Assembly: GCA_944382715.1 (NCBI GenBank)
Contig: CALWNC010000003.1
Coordinates: 19,856 to 83,855 of the forward strand
DNA: 64,000 bases
From: an uncultured Clostridia bacterium
GTDB lineage: Bacteria; Bacillota; Clostridia; Christensenellales; UBA1242
Direction of reading: 5' to 3'
Below, in pieces: positions 37,001-47,700 of the stretch. Below the pieces are notes generated by a model that saw nothing but the letters and a program-made list of their open reading frames with translations, did not search any database and was not told where the DNA came from. How positions within the stretch are numbered: the first letter of the stretch is position 1; every line of letters starts with the position of its first letter. Made by a program: the position numbers and the translations under genes.

Positions 37001-39792
37001 ATGGTGGTGCAATTTATAATATCGGAACTATTGAGTTTATAAACTGCAACTTCATTTCTAATACTGCAAGCAGTAATGGTGGTGCAATTTGCAACACCAG
37101 TGGTGGTGTTATAACTTTGACTAATACCAGTTTTTTAAATAATTTTGCAGTAAATGGTGGAGGGCTTTTTGCAGACGGCAAGTCTACATTAAATAATACG
37201 ACATTTTCTAATAATACGGCATCGAGCAATGGTGGAGCGATTTACTCATCATGTTCAAATAGTGCTAGAGTTGTTTATGTTTATGGTGGAAATTTTTCAA
37301 ATAACACTTCAAATAATGGTAGTCTGTTTTACTTAAATAACGGAGAGTTTAACATTGGAAGAGATTCGGGAACTTCTTCAATGCCAATACTTTCGGGAGA
37401 AATATATATTTCTGGTGCAAATCTTACCATTCATAGTGAAATGTTTGACTCTTCAAATGTTACATTTGTGCTTCAATCAATTTCAAATGGGAAGAGGTTG
37501 TTTGCAGTTAATGGCTTTAGTATTTCTGATGAAGTTATTCAAGCAATTAGTGTAAAAAATGCTGTTTGTTATAAAGATAGTAATATTGTTCGCGTAAACT
37601 TAGCCTATATCAATTTGATAGTTTCAATTTCTGGCAACGAAACAATAGTTTCACTTCCAGTAGGGGAAATTACTCTAGATGAAAGTTTACTTGAATTATC
37701 CGAAACCGACTATGTTTCAAGTTGGGTTTATAATAGCACAACCTATCAAACGGGCGATGTAATTGAAGTTTATGAAAATTCCACAATTTTTGTCACCTTG
37801 GGCAAAAAGCTGGAAATAACACTTTCTGATGGTGCAAAATCAGAAACAGTTTATGTAAAGCCAAATGAATTTTATTATTTGCCACTTTACTCGCCATCTG
37901 GTGACGAAGTTATCATGTGGAAAAATGGTGCGTTGGAGTATTTACCTGCTACAAGCATTCTTGTAACTGAAAATGTTCAATTTGTTGCAACAAAAATTAA
38001 TAGATTTACAATTTTGTTTAAAGATTACGATGGTTCAATTATAAGCTCAACAACTTATAAGTATTGGGATACAGTTTTTATTCCAGCTAGTCCTACAAGA
38101 GAGGGTGATGAAAATTGCAGTTACGAATTTGCAGGCTGGTCACCAAATGTTATTACAATATGTACAGGCAACGCAGAATATATTGCTACATATAACACAA
38201 TATATAAAAGATTTACAGTAATTTTTAAAAATTATGATGGTTCAATTCTAAGTGAAACAATCTATAATTATGGTGACAGAGTTATTATTCCAAGTGACCC
38301 AACAAGACCAAGCGACAAAATTTATGAATATTTATTTAATGGCTGGGACAAAGTGATAGAAACAAACTGCACGGGCAATGCCGAGTACACTGCAACTTAT
38401 TCAAGCACTTTTATTGAATATAAGATAGTTTTCAAAGATTATGACGAAACGGTGCTGAGTGAAAATATCTACCATTATGGGGATAGGATAGTTATACCAA
38501 ATGACCCGACAAGACCAAGTGACAATGTTTATAATTATGTGTTTATGGGTTGGACTCCAGAAGTTGAAAAAATTTGTACGGGAAGTGCCGAGTACATGGC
38601 GACTTATGAGGGGTCACTTAATATGTTTTCAGTTGTTTTCAGAGATTATAACGACTTTTTGCTTAGTGTAAAACTTTATAACTACGGAGAAACAATTGAA
38701 TTGCCAAGTGATCCAACGAGAGTTAGTGATAATGTTTATAGTTATGAGTTTGTAGGTTGGTCTCCAGAAGTTGAATTAGTTTGCACTGGTATTGCTGAAT
38801 ATAAGGCAGTATACAGAGAGATTTACATTGATTATACCGTAGTATTTAAAGACTATGACGGGGAAATTCTTAGCCAGAAAACTTATCATTATGGTGATAC
38901 CATTATAGTTCCAAGTAATCCAAATCGCGAAAGTGATGAAAAATATAACTATTCATTTAGTGGCTGGGATAAAGAGATAGAAAATTCTTGTACGGGCAAT
39001 GCCGAGTACACCGCAACCTATTCAAGTAGTCCTATTGAGTATACAATTATTTTTAAAAATTATGACGGAATAATATTGAGTGAGAATGTCTATAATTATG
39101 GAGAAACAATTGAATTGCCAAGCAACCCAGCTAGACCAAGTGATGGTGTATATGATTATATATTTAGTGGTTGGGATATGGCAGTTGAAGAAGTTTGCAC
39201 GGGAAATGCCAACTACACTGCAACTTATGAACGCAAATTCATTGAATATAAAATAATATTTAAAAACTTTGACAACTCAGTCATAAGTGAAAAAACATAT
39301 CATTATGGAGATGAGATTATCATTCCAGAAACTCCAACAAAAGTTTCAGATGAAGTTTACAGATATGTATTTAATGGCTGGACACCAGAAGTATCTAAGT
39401 ATTGCACAGAAAGCATATCGTACACGGCAACATTTATTTCAGTGCTCCACACTAGTGTAATAATAACTGTTGAGAATGGAACTATAAATGGGAGTAATGA
39501 AAATTCGCAGGTAGTTCAAATTGGCGATGTTGTGACGCTTATGGCAAGTCCAGCAGAAAAGGGCAAAGTTTTTGTTGGTTTTTATAATGGCACAGAGCTT
39601 TTAAGTAGTTCATCAACTTATACATTTGTAGCGAGTGAAGATATACTAGTAGTCGCAGTATATCAAGATCAGGAGGGGATTAGTCCAACAATCATAGTGA
39701 TAATTATTGTGATTTCTGTTATAATAGTTTTAATTACTTTGACGGGTATAATAACATACATAGTTACAAAAAAGAAGAAAATTCAATCTTAA
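34018..39792 (+). CDS. Giant surface protein: discoidin-like domain, M60-like (enhancin-type) zinc peptidase, Pmp-type GGAI/FxxN beta-helix, 7 Listeria-Bacteroides repeats, C-terminal TM anchor
   Basis: Signal/anchor 'IFSFLFLVVSSFLCYVMVNS'. 'NAFDGNWNTYWQT' (F5/8 type C-like). 'FAHEIGHALDN...WGEVTNNMW' (HEIGH at 35655-35669). 'FSGNTATSNGGAIYN', 'FISNTASSNGGAICN' and 'FSNNTASSNGGAIYS'. Repeats of the form 'F.V.FK.YDG...S...Y.YGD....P..PTR.SD..Y.Y.F.GW'. C-terminal 'IIVIIIVISVIIVLITLTGIITYIV' followed by KKKK. Confidence 0.85.
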   Translation: MKSLNKIFSFLFLVVSSFLCYVMVNSNTTNEIVVADGTNKLTCEVASDNLLNDNEYVSFYKLTNDLIESYSAIGGGTNLSNAFDGNWNTYWQTATENSGTFKNDIVVNFKTEVIIDRILYASSSARLGHGYPTILNIYIASSSDDELELYGTVNSSATNSRVVFYFDSPQVVKSLKFEFYEVNTMHNWVATCKELQFLTPESAECEVIRSGEIFTDYTQTSLADEYKSTQAIDSLAESTKDLPNFDSAISPILDRARAIIDGYVTFDTRREFSTSSTATNQIMQWGDMRAYASNTLQMSSFGINRQVSGIAGLAGEQIVIYVEADEGDPLPSIAFTQSYGAWQSWKSEVKLSRGKNVFTFPNLITSNYSKEVVAGGPIHIINPYLPSEQSSNVKIYIEGGNFYPVFRDGDDETSFKMYLEDYTNKLNDASNLSVQLDVFEVVCDNVILSSLSSLAYNSYIVNGNSPQKNCDTWNDYMYKLITFAGVSFDENDENYNERNTHLYTNIRVVQPWPGAYAFAADDHIGIIDSSTFHQLVNKAITGWAFAHEIGHALDNNQRTWGEVTNNMWAYYDALLEGDYDRLPLNQVYLQLSSDFTLTNSAFQSFGDNCVIWMSIEAGFPGYWGNLENKYRFETTGKNLGRTERMIYYSSLATGYDLSSYFERWGFYMNSDGTYSASNRFTTGGASSTFTELMQEAIASNKINTEIKKLWYLDTNQFVYLFANDYKLGDWASLYNENTTTEILEIVETNGSYTLYLPDVSDIAHLGYEISVKIGDEFKVVGFTYGSSFTDTTSYDTTPTYKVCAYDRCLNTTAYVEKSYIQVSDENVCMVNDTYFNSISDAVSSASAGDTIYLLKSTRESGIVIDKNLTLTVADGITEDIIVYRLGIGDLFVINSGATLTAYGTDNAKLIIDGDNITQSGTLISVSGTLIITGNTILQNNICTGSGGAIFAKGEVRLTNVEIRNNKAVNGGAVSGNNVRTYYTNVVFSGNTATSNGGAIYNIGTIEFINCNFISNTASSNGGAICNTSGGVITLTNTSFLNNFAVNGGGLFADGKSTLNNTTFSNNTASSNGGAIYSSCSNSARVVYVYGGNFSNNTSNNGSLFYLNNGEFNIGRDSGTSSMPILSGEIYISGANLTIHSEMFDSSNVTFVLQSISNGKRLFAVNGFSISDEVIQAISVKNAVCYKDSNIVRVNLAYINLIVSISGNETIVSLPVGEITLDESLLELSETDYVSSWVYNSTTYQTGDVIEVYENSTIFVTLGKKLEITLSDGAKSETVYVKPNEFYYLPLYSPSGDEVIMWKNGALEYLPATSILVTENVQFVATKINRFTILFKDYDGSIISSTTYKYWDTVFIPASPTREGDENCSYEFAGWSPNVITICTGNAEYIATYNTIYKRFTVIFKNYDGSILSETIYNYGDRVIIPSDPTRPSDKIYEYLFNGWDKVIETNCTGNAEYTATYSSTFIEYKIVFKDYDETVLSENIYHYGDRIVIPNDPTRPSDNVYNYVFMGWTPEVEKICTGSAEYMATYEGSLNMFSVVFRDYNDFLLSVKLYNYGETIELPSDPTRVSDNVYSYEFVGWSPEVELVCTGIAEYKAVYREIYIDYTVVFKDYDGEILSQKTYHYGDTIIVPSNPNRESDEKYNYSFSGWDKEIENSCTGNAEYTATYSSSPIEYTIIFKNYDGIILSENVYNYGETIELPSNPARPSDGVYDYIFSGWDMAVEEVCTGNANYTATYERKFIEYKIIFKNFDNSVISEKTYHYGDEIIIPETPTKVSDEVYRYVFNGWTPEVSKYCTESISYTATFISVLHTSVIITVENGTINGSNENSQVVQIGDVVTLMASPAEKGKVFVGFYNGTELLSSSSTYTFVASEDILVVAVYQDQEGISPTIIVIIIVISVIIVLITLTGIITYIVTKKKKIQS
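38002..39450 (+). repeat. Seven tandem 207-nt (69-aa) coding repeats (Listeria-Bacteroides / Flg_new-type)
   Basis: Repeat starts at 38002 and 38209 give a 207-nt period. Long near-identical stretches recur between copies, for example tgYacgggcaatgccgagtacacYgcaacYtattcaag at ~38370 and ~38990. Confidence 0.85.
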
Positions 39793-40122
39793 AAATTTAT
39801 ATTGCAGTAATTGTAAATTTAATTAATTTTTAATAAAAAAAATACAGTTTTATAATTTTTGATTTAAATTTATGTCAACAAATTATAAAGCTGTTTTTTT
39901 AATTTAAACTAATGTTATAAAAATTCTTTAAATAATTAAGATTTTTGATATACATTTTTTGATAGAACTTATCATTTATTTATACAAACTTGAAAAAATA
40001 TCAATTTATAATGTAGAATTTATATTAATAATTATAATAAATAACATTTTTATGTAGTTTATAAAAACTATTTTTGTAGGTTACTTGTGAACAAATCAAA
40101 ATTTTATGTAAATTTTTTTAAT

Positions 40123-40146
40123 AAAAAAAACTAGCACAAGCTAGTT
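40123..40146 (-). terminator. Rho-independent terminator for the 40220-40639 gene
   Basis: AACTAGC / GCTAGTT stem. The A8 run on the plus strand is a T8 run on the minus strand. Confidence 0.5.
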
Positions 40147-40219
40147 TTAGTGACATCAAAATAATAATAGCCAATAGAGACTTTTGTATTTTGATTTAAA
40201 TTTCACAGCGAAAATAATT

Positions 40220-40639
40220 TTATTGTCTTTCAAGTTCTGAGCTGTCCATTTTTTCTTGCATGTTTACACTATTTGAACTAGCAACCATTTTTTCTTCTTG
40301 TCTGCTTTCAACAAATGGTTTTCCAGCATCATAGTAATCAGTGATGTTTTCAAACTTTTTAATTCTTTCATACACTGCTCTGTATTCTGGAACATATCCC
40401 GTAATTGCCTTTACATAATCGTCAAAATTATAATTAGCATAAAGGTGACTTAAATCAGGTCTTTTGTAGGTTTCATATGCAAGCTTAATCTGCTTAACCT
40501 TTTCTTTAATTTCGTTAATCAAAGCCGTTGCTCTAAGGTCAGTTTTGATTTTCTTGTAAGAAGACATATCAGAAGCTATTTTTTCAAGCTGAGCAATTAC
40601 ATCTGGTATAATTCTATCTAAATCTTTTAATGATGTCAT
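40220..40639 (-). CDS. Hypothetical protein (139 aa from the ATG at 40639)
   Basis: A GGAGG SD lies upstream of the ATG at 40639; the tracked ORF start at 40654 contains that SD. No recognised motif. Confidence 0.55.
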   Translation of the reverse strand: MTSLKDLDRIIPDVIAQLEKIASDMSSYKKIKTDLRATALINEIKEKVKQIKLAYETYKRPDLSHLYANYNFDDYVKAITGYVPEYRAVYERIKKFENITDYYDAGKPFVESRQEEKMVASSNSVNMQEKMDSSELERQ

Positions 40640-40769
40640 AACTTTAACCTCCAAATTCTACTATGACTATATCACATTTTTTTATTCAAGTCAATATTGA
40701 TTATAAATTTTTCATCTAAATCATAAAAAAATCTTTTTAGTTAAATTTAAATAAATTTAATAAAAAATA

Positions 40770-40798
40770 TTGACTAAACTTGATTAAAATGTTATTAT
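40770..40798 (+). promoter_or_regulatory. Promoter candidate for rpoBC
   Basis: TTGACT (40770-40775), 17-nt spacer, TATTAT (40793-40798) with a TGn extended -10. This gives a ~200-nt leader. Confidence 0.5.
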
Positions 40799-40997
40799 TG
40801 TTTAGTATACCATAATTTATGCTCAGAGTATGTGCTCTTGAAATTATTTTATGGAAATTTGGTCAAAAAATGTAGATATAATCGTAATCTTTTGTCCTTT
40901 TTTACGGTTATATAGAATCGACTATTTTTTTGGCTTAGCTTTTTTTGGTACTCGAATTTTCAAAAGTGACTATCTAATATTTTTTATGGAGGACTAC

Positions 40998-43900
40998 ATG
41001 AGTAGTAACTTAAACATCAAAACAGAAATGTTCGGAATCACGGAGAGACACAAGTTCGGAAATATTCAAGAAGTTAAAGAAATTCCAGACCTTGTAGAAG
41101 TTCAAAAAAATAGTTACAATAACTTCATAACAAAAGGCATTCGCGATGTACTTCGCGATTTTTCTCCTATTACCGATACAGACAACTTGAATCGTTCAGA
41201 TGCAAGAGAAGACAACACCGATAGCCGTGTAGAGCTTTATTTTTTGGATCATAGGCTTGACGGCAAGTCAAAGTATACTGAGGCTGAATGTAAAACTAGA
41301 GATGCAACTTATTCTATGCCTTTAAAGGTAAAGGTTCGTTTAGTTTACAAAGAAACTGGCGAAGTTGTTGACCAAGAGGTCTATATGGGAGATATTCCTC
41401 TTATGACCGAAAATGGTTCGTTCATTATTAACGGCGCCGAGCGTGCCATCGTTTCTCAACTTGTAAAAAGTCCAAGTGTATATTGCAGTGAAGGGCTTAA
41501 CAAAGCAGGCAAAAATGTTGTAGAAACAGACATTATTCCAGCGCGTGGTGCTTGGATTGAATGGGAAGAAGATAGTTCAGGCATTTTGTGGGTTCATGTA
41601 GACCGTTCAAGAAAAATGCTAGGAACTATATTTTTAAGGGCACTGGGACTTTCTTCTAATGAAGAAATTCTCAATATGTTTGACAATGACGAAACTATTC
41701 AAAGAACACTTGCAAAAGATACAACAACCAATACAGAAGATGCTCTTGTTGAAATTTCAAAAAGACTTCGTCCAGGTGAAGTATTTAACGCAAAGGCCGT
41801 TAAAAAAGATTTGGAAAAGAGATTTTATTCAACTCGTAGATATGATATTACTGGCGTTGGTAGACATAAATTCAATCAAAAGCTCTCTATTGCAAATAGA
41901 ATTGAAGGCAAGACACTTGCAGAGGACATTGTTATTAATGGAAAAGTATATGCTGCTGCAGGTGAGGTTTTGGACGAAGAGAGAGCAAGATATGTTCAAA
42001 ATGCTGGTGTAAATAAAGTTGCAGTTGAGGGAAAACTTGGAAAATTCTATGTACTTGGCAATAACAGAGTTGACCTTGTGGCTTACACTGGACTTGATGC
42101 AGAAAAGGCTGAGATTGATGAAGATGTACATCTTCCAACTCTTCTTACAATACTATCTAACTGTAAAACTGAAGAAGAAAAGCAAAAGGCCATTGAAGAT
42201 AACAGAGATGAACTTATGGGTAGACACATTTTGCTTGACGATATTCTCTCAGCAGTTAACTATCATCTTTGTTTAAAGCAAGGTCTTGGTAACTACGACG
42301 ATGTTGACCACCTTGGAAATCGTAGAATTAAAACAGTTGGTGAACTTTTACAGGCACAATTCTTTATTGGAATGGCAAGACTTGAAAGGGTTATTTCTGA
42401 AAGAATGCAGGTTCAAAATGTTGAGGAAATAAGTCCTAGTACACTTATTAATGTTCGTCCAATTAGTGCCGCAATCCGTGAATTTTTTGGTTCAAGCCAA
42501 ATGTCACAGTTTATGGAACAAACCAACCCTATAGCGTCTTTAACTCATAAGAGAAAGATTTCTTCTATTGGTCCAGGTGCACTTACTCGTGAAAGAGCAG
42601 GGTTTGATGTTCGTGATGTCCACTACACTCACTACGGTCGTCTTTGCCCTAATGAAACTCCAGAAGGTCAAAACATTGGTTTGATTAACTCACTTGCAAC
42701 TTATGCAAAAATTGATAAATACGGCTTTGTTGAAGCCCCTTATAGAAGAATAGATAAAAATACTGGCAAAGTTACTGACGATGTGGTTTATATGACTGCT
42801 GATGTCGAAGAAAAATATGTTATTGCTCAGGCAAATGAACCAATTGCAGAAGACGGCACATTAAAAAATGAAAGAGTTACTTGTCGTAAAAAGGGTGAAA
42901 TTACCGAACTTCCAAGAGAACAGATTGACTTTATTGATGTTTCTCCAAAGGAACTTGTTTCTATTGCTACAACCCTAGTTCCATTCATTGAAAACGATGA
43001 TACTACTCGTGCGATGATGGCTTCAAACATGCAGCGTCAGGCAGTTCCATTACTTAAGACAGAAGCTCCAATTGTTGGTACTGGCACAGAGCATAAGATT
43101 GCAGTTGATAGTGGCGTTATGGTTATTTCCAAAAACGATGGTATTGTTAAATATTTATCTGGTGAAAAAATTGTTGTTGCAACTGCAGAAGGCGATGAAA
43201 CTTATGATCTTATTCAATTTGTTCGTTCAAACAATGGTACTTGTATGCGTCAAAGACCAATAGTTAATCATGGTCAAGCAGTTAAAAAAGGCGATGTTTT
43301 GGCTGATGGCCCTTCAACAAAGGACGGAGAACTTGCAATTGGTAAAAATATTCTCGTTGCATTCATGCCTTGGGAAGGTTATAACTTCGATGACGCTATC
43401 TTAATTTCTGATGAACTTGTTGAAGATGATGTTTTAACTTCAATTCACATTGAAGAATATGAACAAGATGCAAGAGATACAAAACTTGGACCAGAAGAAA
43501 TCACAAGAGATATTCCTAATGTTGGTGAAGATGCACTTTCAAATCTCGATGAAAATGGTATTGTTAGAATTGGTGCAGAAGTTACAACTGGTGACATTTT
43601 GGTAGGTAAAGTTACGCCAAAAGGTGAAACAGAACTTACCCCAGAAGAAAGATTACTTAGAGCAATTTTTGGTGAAAAGGCAAGAGAAGTTAGAGATACT
43701 TCACTTAGAGTTCAGCACGGTGAAGGTGGCGTTGTTGTTGATGTTAAAATCTTCACCCGTGAAAATAAAGATGAACTTGCAACTGGTGTAAATAAACTTG
43801 TGCGTGTTTACATTGCTCAAAAGAGAAAAATGAGTGTTGGTGATAAGATGTCTGGTAGACACGGAAACAAAGGTGTTGTTTCAAGAGTGCTTCCAAAGGC

Positions 43901-44723
43901 AGATATGCCATTTATGCCAGATGGAACGCCAATTCAAATTCTTCTAAATCCTTTGGGCGTACCTTCTCGTATGAACATTGGACAATTACTTGAAGTTTCT
44001 CTTGGTTTTATTTCAAAATCTCTTGGCTGGAAAATTGCCACCCCAGTATTTGACGGGGCTAAGGAAGCTGATATTCAAGAATTATTCAGACAAAATAACT
44101 TCCCAGAAGATGGAAAAGTACAACTTTACGATGGTAGAACGGGTGAACCTTTTGAAAACCGTACAACTGTTGGAATTATGTACATGCTTAAACTCCATCA
44201 TCTCGTTATTGATAAAATGCACGCGCGTTCAACTGGTCCATACTCACTTGTTACTCAGCAACCTCTTGGCGGTAAAGCTCAGCTTGGTGGTCAGAGATTT
44301 GGTGAAATGGAAGTTTGGGCTCTTGAAGCATATGGTGCATCAAACATTTTGCAAGAAATGTTAACTGTTAAATCTGACGATGTCGTTGGTAGACTTAAAA
44401 CTTATGAGGCTATCGTTAAAGGCGAAAATATTACAGAACTTGGTATCCCTGAATCATTCAAAGTTTTGATAAAAGAGCTTCAAGGACTTGCACTTGACAT
44501 TAAAGTGCTTACCGAAGATAAGCAGGAAATTGGACTTAAAGAACTTATGGAAGATGAAAGAGATATGTCTGATTCAATTAAAAATAAGCAAAATAAAGAT
44601 GAAGAAGAGATTGAAGTTGATATGGGTCAAGAAGAAGAATTAAACCTTGGAGAACTCGTTGATGATAGAAATCTTGACAGCGGAGATGCTGGTGACTTAT
44701 TTGATTTTGATGATGACTTATAA
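40998..44723 (+). CDS. rpoB: DNA-directed RNA polymerase subunit beta, with an acidic C-terminal tail
   Basis: '[15 protein letters not shown]', 'RHGNKGVVS' and '[18 protein letters not shown]'. The start is set at the ATG at 40998 behind GGAGGA; the 49 codons upstream in the track are hydrophobic junk. Confidence 0.97.
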   Translation: MSSNLNIKTEMFGITERHKFGNIQEVKEIPDLVEVQKNSYNNFITKGIRDVLRDFSPITDTDNLNRSDAREDNTDSRVELYFLDHRLDGKSKYTEAECKTRDATYSMPLKVKVRLVYKETGEVVDQEVYMGDIPLMTENGSFIINGAERAIVSQLVKSPSVYCSEGLNKAGKNVVETDIIPARGAWIEWEEDSSGILWVHVDRSRKMLGTIFLRALGLSSNEEILNMFDNDETIQRTLAKDTTTNTEDALVEISKRLRPGEVFNAKAVKKDLEKRFYSTRRYDITGVGRHKFNQKLSIANRIEGKTLAEDIVINGKVYAAAGEVLDEERARYVQNAGVNKVAVEGKLGKFYVLGNNRVDLVAYTGLDAEKAEIDEDVHLPTLLTILSNCKTEEEKQKAIEDNRDELMGRHILLDDILSAVNYHLCLKQGLGNYDDVDHLGNRRIKTVGELLQAQFFIGMARLERVISERMQVQNVEEISPSTLINVRPISAAIREFFGSSQMSQFMEQTNPIASLTHKRKISSIGPGALTRERAGFDVRDVHYTHYGRLCPNETPEGQNIGLINSLATYAKIDKYGFVEAPYRRIDKNTGKVTDDVVYMTADVEEKYVIAQANEPIAEDGTLKNERVTCRKKGEITELPREQIDFIDVSPKELVSIATTLVPFIENDDTTRAMMASNMQRQAVPLLKTEAPIVGTGTEHKIAVDSGVMVISKNDGIVKYLSGEKIVVATAEGDETYDLIQFVRSNNGTCMRQRPIVNHGQAVKKGDVLADGPSTKDGELAIGKNILVAFMPWEGYNFDDAILISDELVEDDVLTSIHIEEYEQDARDTKLGPEEITRDIPNVGEDALSNLDENGIVRIGAEVTTGDILVGKVTPKGETELTPEERLLRAIFGEKAREVRDTSLRVQHGEGGVVVDVKIFTRENKDELATGVNKLVRVYIAQKRKMSVGDKMSGRHGNKGVVSRVLPKADMPFMPDGTPIQILLNPLGVPSRMNIGQLLEVSLGFISKSLGWKIATPVFDGAKEADIQELFRQNNFPEDGKVQLYDGRTGEPFENRTTVGIMYMLKLHHLVIDKMHARSTGPYSLVTQQPLGGKAQLGGQRFGEMEVWALEAYGASNILQEMLTVKSDDVVGRLKTYEAIVKGENITELGIPESFKVLIKELQGLALDIKVLTEDKQEIGLKELMEDERDMSDSIKNKQNKDEEEIEVDMGQEEELNLGELVDDRNLDSGDAGDLFDFDDDL

Positions 44724-44744
44724 TAAAAAATTAAGGGGAAAATT

Positions 44745-47700
44745 ATGTTTGAATTAAACAATTTTGACTCAATGCAAATCGGTATTGCTAGTCCTGAAAA
44801 AATTCATCAGTGGTCTTATGGTGAAGTTACAAAGCCAGAAACCATTAATTACAGAACGCAAAAGCCAGAAAGAGATGGTCTTTATTGCGAGAGAATTTTT
44901 GGACCAACAAAAGACTGGGAATGTCATTGTGGAAAATATAAGAGAATTCGTTACAAGGGTGTCATTTGCGATAAGTGTGGCGTTGAAGTCACTAGGTCAA
45001 AAGTTAGAAGAGAAAGAATGGGACACATTGACCTTGTAACTCCAGTTTCTCACATTTGGTACTTTAAAGGTGTTCCTTCAAGAATTGGGACAATTTTAAA
45101 TATCTCTATTAAAAAACTTGAACAAGTTTTGTACTTTACTTCTTTCATTGTAACTGACCCGGGTACAACCGAATTTGAATATAAGCAAATCTTAAATGAT
45201 AGGGAATATCGTGAGGCAGTTGAAAAATATGGTCCTAAAGCTTTCAAAGCTGGAATGGGAGCCGAAGTTATAAAAGAACTTCTTTCTCAAGTTGACCTTG
45301 AAAAAGAGTCAAAAGAGCTTAAAGAAGAACTTAAAAAATCGAAAGGTCAAAAGAAACTTAATCTTGCAAAAAGACTTGGTTTGATTGATTCATTTATCCG
45401 TACAGGTGCTAAGCCTGAGTGGATGATTCTTGATGTAATTCCTGTTATTCCACCAGAACTTAGACCAATGGTTCCACTTGATGGTGGAAGATTTGCTACA
45501 AGTGATGTCAATGACCTTTATAGAAGAGTTATTAACAGAAATAATAGACTTAAAAAATTAATTGAGCTTGGTGCTCCTGAAATTATTTGTAGAAATGAAA
45601 AGCGTATGCTTCAAGAAGCTGTCGATGCTCTCATTGATAATGGTAGAAGAGGCAAGCCAATTAGTGGTGCTGGCAATAGAGAACTTAAATCACTTTCAGC
45701 ACTTCTTCGTGGTAAACAAGGTCGTTTCCGTCAAAACTTACTTGGTAAGCGTGTTGACTACTCTGGTCGTTCCGTTATTGTTGTCGGACCAAGTTTAAAA
45801 ATGTATCAGTGTGGACTTCCAAAAGAAATGGCTCTTGAACTATTTAAGCCATTTATAATGAAAAGGCTCGTTGATTTAAATCAATCTCACAACATTAAAA
45901 GTGCTAAGCACATTGTTGAAAGGGCAAGACCAGTTGTTTGGGACGTTTTGGAAGATGTTATTAAGGATCACCCAGTTTTGCTTAACCGTGCTCCTACACT
46001 TCACAGACTTTCAATTCAGGCTTTTGAGCCAGTTCTCGTTGAAGGCGGGGCTATGAAACTTCACCCATTAACTTGTGCAGCTTTCAATGCTGACTTTGAT
46101 GGTGACCAAATGGCTATCCATGTTCCACTTTCAATTGACGCTCAGACAGAAGCTAGATACTTAATGATTGCCTCAAACAACATCTTAAAGCTTTCTGATG
46201 GTGAACCTATTTCCGTTCCTTATCAAGACATGCTTTATGGTATTTATTACCTAACCGTAGAAATTCCTGGCGAAAAGGGTGAGGGCAAGTGTTTTGCCGA
46301 TGTTGATGAAGCAATTATGGCTTATGAAACGGGCAATTGTTCTCTTCACTCAAAAGTTAAAGTTAGAATTCAAAAAGAAATTGATGGAGAACTTAAATCA
46401 GGCTTGATAGATACCACTGTTGGTAGACTTATTTTAAATAAAGTTATACCAGAAGGTATTGGAATTGCCAAGAGAGAAACTCCTGAAGATATGCTTAAAA
46501 ATGAAATTGAGTTTGCCATTAACAAAAAGCAAATGAAAAAGATTATTAAGGCTTGCTATGTTAACCTTGGTTCAACAAAAACTGCAATTATGCTTGATAA
46601 AATCAAGGAACTTGGTTATAAATACTCTACACTTGCCTCACTTACTGCAAACCTATTTGATATTCGTGTTGCAAAAGATAGAGATAAGATTATTGAAGAG
46701 GCCGATGTATCAGCTGCACTTGTAGCTAAACAATTGAAGCGTGGTCTTATCACAAAAGAAGAGCAATCTACAAAGCTTCTTGACATTTGGAGTAATGCTC
46801 GTATGAAGATTACCGATGAAACTATGGAAGCTTACGAAAATAATAACCCACTAAAGCTTATGGTTGACTCTGGTGCGCGTGGTTCAAAAGATAATATGTG
46901 TGACCTTTCAGGTATTCGTGGACTTATGATGAGCACTTCAGGTAAGGTTATTGAAGTTCCTATTCGTTCAAGTTTCAGAGATGGTCTAAGTGTTATTGAA
47001 TACTTTATTGCAACTCGTGGTGGTCGTAAAGGTATGGTCGATAAGGCTCTTAAAACTGCCGATGCTGGTTACCTTACCCGTCGTTTGGTCGATGTTGCTC
47101 AAGAAGTTGTTATTGATGACGAAGATTGTTTTGCTACTCTTGGCGAAAAAGTTAAGGGTATGGAAATCTCTGCTATTTATGATGAAGATAGCATGGTAGA
47201 ATCTATTAGTTCAAGAATCTCTGGTAGATATACCGTTGACGACATTGTTAACCCAGAAACTGGCGAAGTTATTGTTGGTGCAGACGAAATGATTTCACCT
47301 GAACAAGCTGAGGCAATTGAAAAGGCTGGCATTGAAAAGGTTACCATTCGTACTGTATTTACTTGTAAATCGAAATATGGCGTTTGTGCAAAATGCTATG
47401 GTCGTGATATGTCTTGTAGGTCAAGAGTTAAAGTTGGTGAAGCTGTTGGTGTTATTGCTGCACAGTCAATTGGTGAACTTGGTACTCAGCTTACCATGAA
47501 CGTCTTCCACGGTGGTGGTACTGTTACACAAGACGATATTACAGCAGGTCTTCCAAGAGTTGAAGAAATCTTTGAAGCAAAAAAACCAAAGGGCGTTGCC
47601 GTTATTTCTGAAAGTCGTGGTGAAGTTACAAAGATTGACCCAGCAAAAGGTCAGGTAACTATTATGACTGATGACCAAAATGAAGTGGTTTATTCAGTTC

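Noticed and set aside
40851-40997. 49-codon N-terminal extension of the rpoB ORF in the track.
   Set aside because: The extension is hydrophobic nonsense ('[22 protein letters not shown]'). A GGAGGA SD sits directly before the ATG at 40998, where conserved RpoB sequence begins.
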